A stretch of 64,000 nt of DNA. Origin: an uncultured Candidatus Saccharibacteria bacterium. Its GTDB lineage: Bacteria > Patescibacteriota > Saccharimonadia > Saccharimonadales > UBA7683. Both the position numbers and the translations under genes were made by a program. The notes beneath the pieces are model-generated. The model saw only the letters and a program-made list of their open reading frames with translations, ran no database searches and was not told the DNA's origin. The stretch is from the NCBI GenBank assembly GCA_964632215.1, contig CAZWBG010000001.1, positions 431,863-495,862 on the forward strand, in the 5' to 3' direction. Positions within the stretch are counted from its first letter, which is position 1. Each line of letters starts with the position of its first letter. This document shows, one piece after another, positions 52,365-61,319 of the stretch.

Positions 52365-53891
52365 ATGATGCAAGAATATCAACAGAAAATCGGGGAACTT
52401 ATTTCCCGAATTCGTAATCAACAGGGCTTAACGCAAAAAGAGTTAGCCCAGCGACTTAGTACAAGTCAGAGTGCTGTTAACCGTATTGAAGCCGGGCGAC
52501 AGAACGTCACACTTGAGATGCTCGCTCGTATCAGTGATGTACTTAATAAAGATCTTATCAGTCTTGGCACTGGTTCAGTGAATCTACGTGTAGAAGGCGG
52601 TCATAAACTAAGTGGTGCGGTAGAAGTAAAAGTAAGCAAGAATGCCACCGTGGGCTTACTCTGCGCTGCACTACTCAACAAGGGTACTACTACCCTCAAG
52701 AAAGCTCCTCATATTGAAGAGGTCTTTCGGTTAATCGAGGTATTAACAAGTATTGGCGTACGAGCCACCTGGTTAGATAATGGAGATTTAGAGATAAAGC
52801 CTCCAAAAAAGCTCCAGCTTGAGAAGATGGATGTCAGTGCTGCTCGCAGAACCCGAAGCATTATCATGTACCTTGGTGCACTCATGCATACATATAAGAC
52901 GTTTAAGCTCCCTTATGCTGGTGGCTGCAAGTTAGGCAAACGTACCGTAGCGCCCCATTTGCACGCGCTTGCCGAATTTGGCGTAAAGGTTGCAACTCGA
53001 GACAATTACTACGAAGTTAAAGTAAGTAAACGAGCCCCTGCTAAACAAGTTGTGCTGTATGAAATGGGTGATACGGTAAGTGAAAATGTCTTGATGGCAG
53101 CTGCCCTAACCGAGGGCATAACTGAAATCCGCAATATTAGCAGCAACTACATGGTGCAAGATATGTGCTTCTTCTTAGAGGCCGTAGGCGTCACTATAGA
53201 GGGTGTCGGTACAAACGCTCTACGAGTACACGGAGTGAAAGAGATTGATGCTAATGTTACTTTTGCTCCAACCGAAGACCCTATCGAAGCAATGAGTTTT
53301 TTGGCCGCTGCATTTACAACCAATTCTAAAATTACCGTTAAACGCTGCCCGATAGATTTTCTACAAGTTGAACTACTCCGATTAGAAAAGATGGGTTGTA
53401 AGTTTAAGGTTTCCAAAAGCTATAAAGCTGAAAATGGCCGAGGCAACTTGGTTGATATTACGACGCTCGATTCACCGAAACTTATTGCCCCAGAAGACAA
53501 ACTACTAGCCCTTCCCCATCCTGGTATTAATATGGACAACCTGCCCTTCTTCGCACCGATCGTAGCACGTGCCAAAGGTACCACATTAATACACGACTGG
53601 AGCTATGAGGATCGTGCTCTATATATGACAGACCTCCGCAAACTAGGTGTAGATGTCAAACTCGCTGATCCTCACCGCGCGTTCATCACAGGGCCAAGCA
53701 CTTTTGTTGCAGCAGATGTTAACTCGCCACCTGCGCTTCGTCCAGCTGTTATTATCCTTATTACCATGCTGGCCACTCCTGGCACAAGCATTCTTCGTAA
53801 CACGTATTCAATTGCTCGTGGTTACGAGGATTTCGCAGAACGCCTTAATAGTCTTGGTGCACATATCACCACTATGCGTGGTGATATTTAG
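52365..53891 (+). CDS. murA: XRE-family HTH domain fused to UDP-N-acetylglucosamine 1-carboxyvinyltransferase (MurA)
   Basis: The N-terminal ~70 aa read GLTQKELAQRLSTSQSAVNRIEAGRQNVTLEML (HTH_3). MurA blocks follow: VEGGHKLSGAVEVKVSKNA, and the active-site loop AGGCKLGKR. The start is ambiguous (GTG 52359, ATG 52365, ATG 52368). Confidence 0.8.
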   Translation: MMQEYQQKIGELISRIRNQQGLTQKELAQRLSTSQSAVNRIEAGRQNVTLEMLARISDVLNKDLISLGTGSVNLRVEGGHKLSGAVEVKVSKNATVGLLCAALLNKGTTTLKKAPHIEEVFRLIEVLTSIGVRATWLDNGDLEIKPPKKLQLEKMDVSAARRTRSIIMYLGALMHTYKTFKLPYAGGCKLGKRTVAPHLHALAEFGVKVATRDNYYEVKVSKRAPAKQVVLYEMGDTVSENVLMAAALTEGITEIRNISSNYMVQDMCFFLEAVGVTIEGVGTNALRVHGVKEIDANVTFAPTEDPIEAMSFLAAAFTTNSKITVKRCPIDFLQVELLRLEKMGCKFKVSKSYKAENGRGNLVDITTLDSPKLIAPEDKLLALPHPGINMDNLPFFAPIVARAKGTTLIHDWSYEDRALYMTDLRKLGVDVKLADPHRAFITGPSTFVAADVNSPPALRPAVIILITMLATPGTSILRNTYSIARGYEDFAERLNSLGAHITTMRGDI

Positions 53892-53897
53892 CTCAAG

Positions 53898-54530
53898 CTA
53901 AGGCCTAGCAACCAAGCCGTCTTCGGTAACTTCGCCCAGCGGCTTGGCCACAAAGACTTCTCGTCCGTCTGACTCACCCTTCAAGGTGCAGGTGTAGAGC
54001 GTTAACCTGGCAGTATCACTCTTCTGCTCAATCTCAACCTGATCGGGCTTTACTTCGTAAGATTTTTCAACCTCGTAACCGTAGCGCTTTCCCTGAAAAT
54101 CTACCAAGATTTGGTCACCAATGACTAATTTATCAATGTGGTAAAAAGGTGATTTCTGACGTGTTTGGCCAGGTGTTAAGCCCATACTAAAACGGTGGGC
54201 ACTCACAATAAAGTTACCACCAATAGTTGGGTCACCCCGTTCTGGAAAGCGGTGCCAGGCACCTTTTTCCAGAGCTTCAGCCCCACCGGTCACCAGTGGT
54301 ACGCTGACGCCAATTTTAGGTATATAGACCATATCACCGGCTGGCTGTGACAAGCTTTTGGCATCAATTTGCTGCACTGGGTAAAACACGGGAATATTTG
54401 GCGTCATAACAAGTAGCAGAATATACATACCTGCTGCCATTGTACTGAGCGAAACAAAGAGTAGTAGCGCAGAGAGGACTGGTCGTTTTTTTCCAGACTT
54501 TATAAGACCTTCTTTATGCTTAAAATACAT
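53898..54530 (-). CDS. Sortase-family transpeptidase
   Basis: N-terminal TM, VSAHR (His) and TLYTCT (TLxTC Cys motif). Confidence 0.8.
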   Translation of the reverse strand: MYFKHKEGLIKSGKKRPVLSALLLFVSLSTMAAGMYILLLVMTPNIPVFYPVQQIDAKSLSQPAGDMVYIPKIGVSVPLVTGGAEALEKGAWHRFPERGDPTIGGNFIVSAHRFSMGLTPGQTRQKSPFYHIDKLVIGDQILVDFQGKRYGYEVEKSYEVKPDQVEIEQKSDTARLTLYTCTLKGESDGREVFVAKPLGEVTEDGLVARP

Positions 54531-54562
54531 ACCTTTGCTACTATCCTACTCTTAGTTAATTA

Positions 54563-54988
54563 TTATTGTGCGTGATGCTCAGCCTCAGCGGCTTCAGCTT
54601 CCTCAAATGTTTCGTGAATTGTACCCTTAGGATGCTCGGCTGGAGCGTAGATTGAATAAAGCTTCAGTGGCACATCACCAGTATTGATAATGTTGTGCCA
54701 AGTACCTGCTGGTACGAAGATAGCAAAATCATCCTCAGCTTCTTTTTCAAAGCTCAAATCATCTTTAGCTGGACCCATAACCACCTTGGCTGTCCCTTCT
54801 TCGATACGCAGAAACTGGTCGTGGTCGTCATGTACCTCAAGACCGACTTCTCCAGCGACTGGAATTGCCATAACGGTCATTTGTAAGTTTCTGCCCGTCC
54901 ATTTTGCAACACGAAACTTATCATTACTAACTGTTAGCTCTTCAATATTAACCACGTAAGGTTGTTGACCATAGTCTGTTGTATCCAT
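54563..54988 (-). CDS. Cupin-domain protein
   Basis: G.EVH.DHDQF..I.EG and FVPAGTWHNI.N.G are the two cupin motifs. The start at MDTT is internal to ORF 54563..55003. Confidence 0.7.
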   Translation of the reverse strand: MDTTDYGQQPYVVNIEELTVSNDKFRVAKWTGRNLQMTVMAIPVAGEVGLEVHDDHDQFLRIEEGTAKVVMGPAKDDLSFEKEAEDDFAIFVPAGTWHNIINTGDVPLKLYSIYAPAEHPKGTIHETFEEAEAAEAEHHAQ

Positions 54989-55072
54989 ACACCCTCTTTT
55001 CATAGTTTATTAATCGGTACCTTCTATTATAACACTAGCGTCACCCCTTCGTCGTGCTAGATGTGCAATCCA

Positions 55073-55351
55073 CTACGTCTTTATAAGGTCACCGTTGCAA
55101 GTTTCAAGTAAGAACGGTCTCTCGCCCCAACCAATCGCATAAGGATAATCTGGATGTACGCGGTACTCGAGATCACACAGTGAACATATCATTTGCCCAC
55201 TAGCTCGATGAAGCTCATCGATTCTTGCAAGCTCCTCTTTTGGCACATCTTCCTCTTCGAGGTTTTGGCCCAATTCACGCGCTAAGTAAAGTGAATGACG
55301 AACAAGTTTTGTCCGATACCGTACAAGTTCTGGGTTTCCCTGCCATCTCAT
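55073..55351 (-). CDS. Hypothetical small protein
   Basis: 92-aa ORF. No motif recognised. Confidence 0.4.
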   Translation of the reverse strand: MRWQGNPELVRYRTKLVRHSLYLARELGQNLEEEDVPKEELARIDELHRASGQMICSLCDLEYRVHPDYPYAIGWGERPFLLETCNGDLIKT

Positions 55352-55385
55352 AATGTATTTAGTATACTCAATTAGCTCCTACATT

Positions 55386-55394
55386 TGCTATAAT
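55386..55394 (+). promoter_or_regulatory. Extended -10 promoter for the tRNA-Gly/tRNA-Arg pair
   Basis: TGCTATAAT ends 10 nt before the first tRNA nucleotide (55405). The -35 is weak. Confidence 0.5.
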
Positions 55395-55404
55395 CATCAG
55401 GTAT

Positions 55405-55479
55405 GCGGGTGTCGTACAACGGCTAGTATATGAGTTTTCCAAACTCAGGACCAGGGTTCGATTCCCTGCACCCGCACCA
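55405..55479 (+). tRNA. tRNA-Gly (anticodon UCC), CCA encoded
   Basis: GCGGGTG tc GTAC aacggcta GTAT a TGAGT ttTCCaa ACTCA ggac CAGGG ttcgatt CCCTG CACCCGC a CCA. Confidence 0.9.
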
Positions 55480-55482
55480 CAT

Positions 55483-55559
55483 GCCCCGGTAGCTCAGAGG
55501 ATTAGAGCAATGGGCTTCTATCCCACAGGCCGTAGGTTCGATTCCTACCCGGGGTACCA
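55483..55559 (+). tRNA. tRNA-Arg (anticodon UCU), CCA encoded
   Basis: GCCCCGG ta GCTC agaggatta GAGC a ATGGG ctTCTat CCCAC aggcc GTAGG ttcgatt CCTAC CCGGGGT a CCA. It lies 3 nt after tRNA-Gly. Confidence 0.88.
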
Positions 55560-55622
55560 TTTCTAAGCGACTGGTATAGTTCAGTTCTAATTTTTATATA
55601 TCACGCCCACTAAACCAAAGAT

Positions 55623-58034
55623 TTAGCTACGCTTATCGAGGGCAGCTTGGAGTTCGGGAGCATCTAGCAGTAGTGTTGAGCCAGCGGCAGCACTATTAGT
55701 AAGTAGTTTCTGAGCTACTACATTTTCTACACTGCGCTGCGTAACGCGTCTTAGCGGCCGAGCACCGAGCCGTGGATCGTAGCCAACATCTACTAAAATT
55801 TGCTTGGCAGAATCTGTTAGCTGCACCGAGACTTTTTGGGAAGCAAGTGTTTTATTGATACCAATCAGAATTAGATCAACAACCTGCATCAACTCTTGCT
55901 TAGAAAGAGGCCTGAAGAGCACGATCTCATCAAAACGGTTAAGGAACTCTGGGCGGAAGATGTTGGCATCTATCAGCTCATTGACAAAAGATTCCTCAAA
56001 CTGCTCAAGCGCCTCACCGCTATCAATATGCGCGCGTATTTTATCTGCCCCCGCGTTACTGGTAGCAATAATAATCGCATCACGAAAGCTAACGGGTTTA
56101 TTGTCACTATCGCGCAGCATTCCTTCGTCTAGCATTTGCAGCAACACATTCAGTACATTGGGGTGAGCTTTTTCAATCTCGTCTAGCAGCACGACACTAA
56201 AAGGCTGCTTGGCAATTTGAGCAGTTAGACTATTAGTATTTTGTGAACCAATTTCGAGTAGCCGTGTTACATCGGTAGCCTGCGAATACTCATTGAGATC
56301 TACTCGTATAAGATGGTCTTCTCCTCCGAAGTAAACTGCAGCCAGAGCCTTAGAAAGCTCAGTCTTACCAACACCCGTAGGACCAAGAAATAGAAAAGTA
56401 CCAATTGGCTTAGATTGGTTACGCACCCCAGCTCGTGCACGACGCAGTGCATCACTAACTACCTGCACGGCATGAGTTTGGTTAATCATCCGTTCGTGAA
56501 TTTTGCCCTCTAGGTTCATGAGCATGTCTCGCTCTTCGGTTGTTGAGGCTGTCTGCACTTTTACATCAAAAGATTTCTCCACCGCTTCCTGTACAGATTT
56601 TTCGGTAATAAATACCTTTTGCTCAGGAAAACCTGCCGCAGCCTCAAGCAACCGTATGGCCTTACCTGGAAATGCTTGGTCACGAATAAAGCGTTCTGCT
56701 AGTTTGTAGGCTTCTTGCAGACTCTGATACATATAGGTTACTTTGTGCTGCGCTTCCAGCAGGAGAATCTGGTCTTCTACAACGCTCATAGTATCGGCTT
56801 GGTCAAGTGGATTCACTACGACCCTGTTCATTAATTGGCTGAGACCTGGGTTCGTCTGCGAGAGCGCCAGCCACTGTTGATCACTCATGGCTAGAATTAA
56901 GCGAATACCACCGCCTTCTAGTACTGGTAATAAGATGTTAGAAAGATCGACTGATCCAGTCTTATCTTGCAAAAAGAGTTGTGCCTCATCTAAAAATAGA
57001 ATGACATTCTTAGACGAAGCTGCTTCATTCAGGAGACGGATCAAAAGCTCCTCAAGATCTCCTCGCCCCTTAGCTTGAGCGATCAAACTTGAGGCATCGA
57101 GTGAGATAATTTGCTGATATTTTATACCTCGCGGCACAGCCTTATCGCCAAGCATCTTTTGTGCTAAGGCGTAGACGAGGGTAGTCTTACCAACTCCAAC
57201 TTCACCAACCAAGACCGCGTTTCTACGCCCAGGTTGTGTCAGTAGGTGAATAATCTGACTTATGATTTCTTCATGTCCTCCAATCGCTCGGTGCAACAAC
57301 CCCCCCGATTCAATACTCTCAGTAATGTTTTGACCAATCCGATTCAAGAGCGGTGCCCAACCAAAGCTTAGGTCTCGCCCCAAGCCGCCGTGGGATCCTT
57401 TCTGCTGGAAGTTCCGAACAACTACTTGAATGTGTGCGTACCACTTTACTCCAGCCGTAATATCATCACCATCAAGATTTAACTGCGCTAAATATAAATT
57501 ATAGTCTGGTAAGGTAAAGATGATAGCAGCAACTACAGTCGCACTATTGATAAGTGTTTGGTCAGTCTGCCCAGTCAGCTCCATAGCGTATTGCCACACC
57601 TTTTGAGCATCTTCTGGTACGGCGCTGGTCAGCTGTGTGAGCAACTCAGAAGATATTGCAAAACGGGCCGCAAAAAACCTACCGCCCGTATCTTTTGTAG
57701 AAATTCGTGCAATATCTTGAATTGTCGGGCTTGCTGGTAGCCTACCTAATATTTTTCTATCTAGTGCGTCGTCTATGGAAGTTATTGATTTTGCAGCTGG
57801 TAGGTTTTTTAGCTCACCTTCGTACCATGCAATCGGTACTAGAAAGACAGCTACGAATATCAGCAGCAGATGCGCAATGGCCAACTGTTCAAATAATGCT
57901 AAGAATCCCCAGCCAATGAGGCTTACAAGGGCTAGAAAAATACCTATACGTCGCAACCAGATGCTATCAAACACTATACTAAGCCGTGCCTTACGAGCTC
58001 GGCTACTTGTATAGTTGAATGTTATCGGGTTCAT
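55623..58034 (-). CDS. Membrane-anchored ClpA/ClpB/ClpC-like double AAA+ ATPase
   Basis: Two N-terminal TM helices come first. D1 has GHEEIISQIIHLL.....NAVLVGEVGVGKT and ILFLDEAQ. D2 has FLFLGPTGVGKTELSKALA, VVLLDEIEKAHP and PEFLNRFDEIV.F. Confidence 0.8.
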   Translation of the reverse strand: MNPITFNYTSSRARKARLSIVFDSIWLRRIGIFLALVSLIGWGFLALFEQLAIAHLLLIFVAVFLVPIAWYEGELKNLPAAKSITSIDDALDRKILGRLPASPTIQDIARISTKDTGGRFFAARFAISSELLTQLTSAVPEDAQKVWQYAMELTGQTDQTLINSATVVAAIIFTLPDYNLYLAQLNLDGDDITAGVKWYAHIQVVVRNFQQKGSHGGLGRDLSFGWAPLLNRIGQNITESIESGGLLHRAIGGHEEIISQIIHLLTQPGRRNAVLVGEVGVGKTTLVYALAQKMLGDKAVPRGIKYQQIISLDASSLIAQAKGRGDLEELLIRLLNEAASSKNVILFLDEAQLFLQDKTGSVDLSNILLPVLEGGGIRLILAMSDQQWLALSQTNPGLSQLMNRVVVNPLDQADTMSVVEDQILLLEAQHKVTYMYQSLQEAYKLAERFIRDQAFPGKAIRLLEAAAGFPEQKVFITEKSVQEAVEKSFDVKVQTASTTEERDMLMNLEGKIHERMINQTHAVQVVSDALRRARAGVRNQSKPIGTFLFLGPTGVGKTELSKALAAVYFGGEDHLIRVDLNEYSQATDVTRLLEIGSQNTNSLTAQIAKQPFSVVLLDEIEKAHPNVLNVLLQMLDEGMLRDSDNKPVSFRDAIIIATSNAGADKIRAHIDSGEALEQFEESFVNELIDANIFRPEFLNRFDEIVLFRPLSKQELMQVVDLILIGINKTLASQKVSVQLTDSAKQILVDVGYDPRLGARPLRRVTQRSVENVVAQKLLTNSAAAGSTLLLDAPELQAALDKRS

Positions 58035-58408
58035 AAGCTAAATCCCGTGCTCATTAGTACAATAGCAATAATTGGTAGTAGCGGTAGTAGCGGCCAGATT
58101 ACAAGACTTAGTAGACCAAAAACAGTAGCCAACATCGCCGCTACCACTCCGGCAATAATTAGCATGCTACGAATCAATAAGCCAAAGAATCGAGAGATAA
58201 GATTATTACCTAAAATGACAAGTTTAGCCTCAAGTGTTCTACCTTTACCAGATACAACATCTTGTCGAAATGGTGCGAAAAGAGTTTTAAGTAATTCTGT
58301 AACAGAAAAGAATTCCATGACACGAATGACCCGAGAGAGAAGAAATTCATGGGCGGCCCACAACCAACCTGCCGTATACCACCACCGTATACCAAGTAGA
58401 AAAATCAT
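58031..58408 (-). CDS. Small membrane protein translationally coupled to the Clp-like ATPase
   Basis: 125-aa ORF with hydrophobic N- and C-terminal segments. Its stop overlaps the ATPase start (ATGA at 58031-58034). Confidence 0.5.
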   Translation of the reverse strand: MIFLLGIRWWYTAGWLWAAHEFLLSRVIRVMEFFSVTELLKTLFAPFRQDVVSGKGRTLEAKLVILGNNLISRFFGLLIRSMLIIAGVVAAMLATVFGLLSLVIWPLLPLLPIIAIVLMSTGFSL

Positions 58409-58463
58409 AAGCTTATTGTACCATTTCTACACCTGGGGTACACCCCCAGATACTCGACCCACG

Positions 58464-58979
58464 CTAGGTAAGTAGCTTCTCCAAAAAGAAGCCGAGGTAG
58501 TATGCGAGTACTGCGGCAATAGCACCCAGCGTTACCGTCTCGGCAACAGTGCGAAGCGGATGAGACTTAGCTACGGTAGCCTTGAGTACACCAATACCCA
58601 CAAAACCACAAGCAGTAAGAATTGATGCGTAAAGAAACAGATGGGTGAACTGTACATTTGTCACAAGCTCTACTATGTAAACCAAGAGTGGTATCAGCCC
58701 CACAAGTATGAATGAGATGAAGGTAACTAAACCTTTAGTAAGAGCGCTTCCTGTCTGCTTTGTAGGGGTAATGTCATCTTTTGATTTATTAGAAAGGTAG
58801 GCACTAACCCCCATAGAAAAGCCATCTGCCACTAAATTGGCAGCACCCAATATAAGGGTGACTCTCGTACCGAGGTTTGCTCCGGCGGAACTTGCTACTA
58901 CCGCAAAAGTAGTCACAATACCATCGATTCCACCGTACACAAATTCACCAAAGTATTTTTTAAAAAGCTTCATGCTCAT
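58464..58979 (-). CDS. VIT1/CCC1-family membrane protein (Fe/Mn transporter-like)
   Basis: [20 protein letters not shown]...GANL, then [11 protein letters not shown]...Y. Confidence 0.65.
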   Translation of the reverse strand: MSMKLFKKYFGEFVYGGIDGIVTTFAVVASSAGANLGTRVTLILGAANLVADGFSMGVSAYLSNKSKDDITPTKQTGSALTKGLVTFISFILVGLIPLLVYIVELVTNVQFTHLFLYASILTACGFVGIGVLKATVAKSHPLRTVAETVTLGAIAAVLAYYLGFFLEKLLT

Positions 58980-59012
58980 TATTGTAGCTGATTTATTCTT
59001 TTAATTCTGGGT

Positions 59013-59357
59013 TTATTCTTCACCCAGGATGATATTCTCAGGAATGTGCGGGATCTTTTCTGGTTGCGGCAAACGGCTTGCCTCAAGACTCCGGTTACCC
59101 AAGATACTACTCACGCGGCCAATCACAACAGCTCCAATGAAGCGAGCTTCCGGCGCAGTCCCAATCAGCGATCCATCTGTCGCGATGTCCACAAATGCCT
59201 CTGCGGCCAAAACATAACTCACACTCGTAACATAAGCTGCTACCACTGCCCACTTAAATGATCTACTGTGTCGATTAAAGCGCCAGCCTGGCGGCACGCC
59301 GTAGTATTCTTTAATGTTCATAGCGTCTAATGTGTCATGAGACGCCCTAAACTGCAA
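59013..59357 (-). CDS. Hypothetical protein (G+C-richer)
   Basis: 114-aa ORF with an alternative start at MNIKEYYG (59321). No motif recognised. Confidence 0.35.
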   Translation of the reverse strand: MQFRASHDTLDAMNIKEYYGVPPGWRFNRHSRSFKWAVVAAYVTSVSYVLAAEAFVDIATDGSLIGTAPEARFIGAVVIGRVSSILGNRSLEASRLPQPEKIPHIPENIILGEE

Positions 59358-59495
59358 GCATAAACAGTATCTTATTACCCCTATTTGGTTGACTAGTCTA
59401 GGTTAGGTGATTGGATATATTGGTATTTAATGCTATAACAATATTATGACAGCGTGAAATCCACGCTGTTTGACCCATCATGGGAGATTAACATT

Positions 59496-60620
59496 ATGAC
59501 ATTGCAGCGAGTGATCTGGCGAGCTCAAGATGCCTGCAAATTTAGTGTCGTCGACGAAGGAGAGCCCTTTGCTATCAAAGCGACTCCTACCATCACCAGT
59601 TACTCATTCGGTATAACAGTTGGTCTGTTTTTCCGAAATCAGGATACCTTCGGCTACTGGTACTCATCGAACACGTGTGATCTAATCACAGCCTGGCGGG
59701 TTGCCCAGATCCTCTCAAGGATCAAGACAATGCGTAATCGTGGTGGCTACGACTCAACCATGTGTGGCCTTGTTATCGCTATGAACGGTGATCACAATAA
59801 GGACCGAATGCGCGAGCGAGCCAAAGATCTCGGCATGAGTATCCAGGAACTAGACGTCGAGCTCAAGCGACTGAACCAACTGTGGCCCACGCAGAGCGAT
59901 CTCTGTCCTATGTGGGATAAGTTATCTACAAATGAACAAGACAAATTGGCAGGGGTGCTTCGTGACGCGATAGCATCTAACAAGATCGAGGCAAATCAGG
60001 AACTAATTAACCGGATTGAGGTTGCCGAGCTTCGGCTTCGAGACTACGCCCAACAAAAAGAGTATGAGGAGCTACTTATCGCAACGGGTCTCGAACCCGA
60101 AGCGAGCTTGCGACAGCTCTTGTTGGACATCGGGGTTACGAACCTTATCTACACTGTTGGTTTCGGTGGGATAGGGGATCAAACCCACTTTGAGTTCGAT
60201 GATCTCGATCGAGTAATCATGCGATGGTTGATCGGTAGTTTTGGATCCCGTGAGAGAGTTATGCTCGTCACGACAGCGAAGCAACCCGACGACCCATCGA
60301 CTCACTTTAGTGAAGGTGGTGGTGGAATAACGGTACACTGGAATGACTTCGGTGATTTCGGCCATCCTCGCATTATGCTCGGTAGCGAATCTAAGGAGTT
60401 GGTCTCTGTACGCTGGGATCGTGTCACTGAACGATTCCTCTTGACGTTACGTCCCACCGACTTGAGTGAGCGGGACAATAGTCAGGACGTGGAAATGTCA
60501 ATTATCCAACTGCGTACCGATATTGGTAGTACGGACGGGATGCTCAATCCTGGTCAACCCGCTCCGTGGTGTAAGCAACCTAGATCAAGTAGGTCGGGAT
60601 TGCTCCGCAGAAGAACATAA
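59496..60620 (+). CDS. Hypothetical protein (G+C-richer orphan)
   Basis: ATG at 59496 with GGGAG 9 nt upstream, part of ORF 59454..60620. No motif recognised. Confidence 0.5.
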   Translation: MTLQRVIWRAQDACKFSVVDEGEPFAIKATPTITSYSFGITVGLFFRNQDTFGYWYSSNTCDLITAWRVAQILSRIKTMRNRGGYDSTMCGLVIAMNGDHNKDRMRERAKDLGMSIQELDVELKRLNQLWPTQSDLCPMWDKLSTNEQDKLAGVLRDAIASNKIEANQELINRIEVAELRLRDYAQQKEYEELLIATGLEPEASLRQLLLDIGVTNLIYTVGFGGIGDQTHFEFDDLDRVIMRWLIGSFGSRERVMLVTTAKQPDDPSTHFSEGGGGITVHWNDFGDFGHPRIMLGSESKELVSVRWDRVTERFLLTLRPTDLSERDNSQDVEMSIIQLRTDIGSTDGMLNPGQPAPWCKQPRSSRSGLLRRRT

Positions 60621-60633
60621 ACCATGGTGGGTA

Positions 60634-60662
60634 CTGGACTCCGGATTATATCCGGAGTCCAG
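60634..60662 (+). terminator. Perfect 13-bp hairpin after the 59496 gene
   Basis: CTGGACTCCGGAT-tat-ATCCGGAGTCCAG. Confidence 0.6.
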
Positions 60663-60732
60663 TCTCAACCAAAGCTTTAAATACAAATTTAGACTTTTGG
60701 TTGAGAAAAGGTATAGCGAGCTTCTGAAGTAA

Positions 60733-60849
60733 AGTCGGGGTAAAAGGACTCGGTCGCATTCTGCGACCCCGAAGCTACATCTTTCAAAACAAGTTTTGAA
60801 GAGTAGATTTCCTTGAGAAATGCCACAGGCATTTCTCCCCCTTCGACCT
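60733..60849 (-). repeat. Pseudo-tRNA-Pro 3' half split in the T-loop by a family-2 insert
   Basis: gtcggggtaaaaggactcg is 18/19 identical to 60926-60944. An 87-nt insert follows (60752-60838, with TTCTGCGA at 60758-60765). Then comes ccttcgacctc, 11/11 identical to the tRNA T-stem/variable region. Confidence 0.65.
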
Positions 60850-60923
60850 CGTCGTGAATTCGAAGTTTCAGAATCATGACTCAAAACCAAGTAAAAAGCC
60901 TATCCGAAGATAGACTCTTTACT

Positions 60924-61000
60924 TGGTCGGGGTGAAAGGACTCGAACCTTCGACCTCACGGTCCCAAACCGCGCGCGCTAGCCAACTGCGCCACACCCCG
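60924..61000 (-). tRNA. tRNA-Pro (anticodon UGG), CCA encoded
   Basis: CGGGGTG tg GCGC agttggcta GCGC g CGCGG ttTGGga CCGTG aggtc GAAGG ttcgagt CCTTT CACCCCG a CCA. Confidence 0.9.
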
Positions 61001-61088
61001 ATGCTGAAAGCTTAAGCATATAGTTCTCTATTAGGTACTTAAGGACCTGGTTATTGTAGCGCACCAACAGAGAAAAATCTAGTGACGA

Positions 61089-61117
61089 TTGACTTATTGT
61101 AAAATATTTGCTATAAT
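61089..61117 (+). promoter_or_regulatory. Near-consensus sigma70 promoter
   Basis: TTGACT (61089-61094), a 17-nt spacer, then TGCTATAAT (-10 at 61112-61117). Confidence 0.6.
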
Positions 61118-61151
61118 AGTGCAAAGTAATGTTAGGTGCACATACAGTTTT

Positions 61152-61313
61152 ATGAAATACGCTTCAATCTTTATTACCATCTTATTTGTCTGGATCGCCG
61201 TCATACTCATGGCCTTTGTCGTGAAAGACCCAGCGGACATGTTTAAACTGTATATAGCCCTAACCGTCTTCACCCTAACGCTCTTCATTATCGGTTTTGG
61301 CAAAGGTAAGTAA
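61152..61313 (+). CDS. Small two-helix membrane protein
   Basis: The 53-aa hydrophobic ORF starts at MKYASIF, internal to ORF 61089..61313. It lies 6 nt upstream of the UbiB-like gene. Confidence 0.4.
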   Translation: MKYASIFITILFVWIAVILMAFVVKDPADMFKLYIALTVFTLTLFIIGFGKGK

Positions 61314-61319
61314 GACCCT

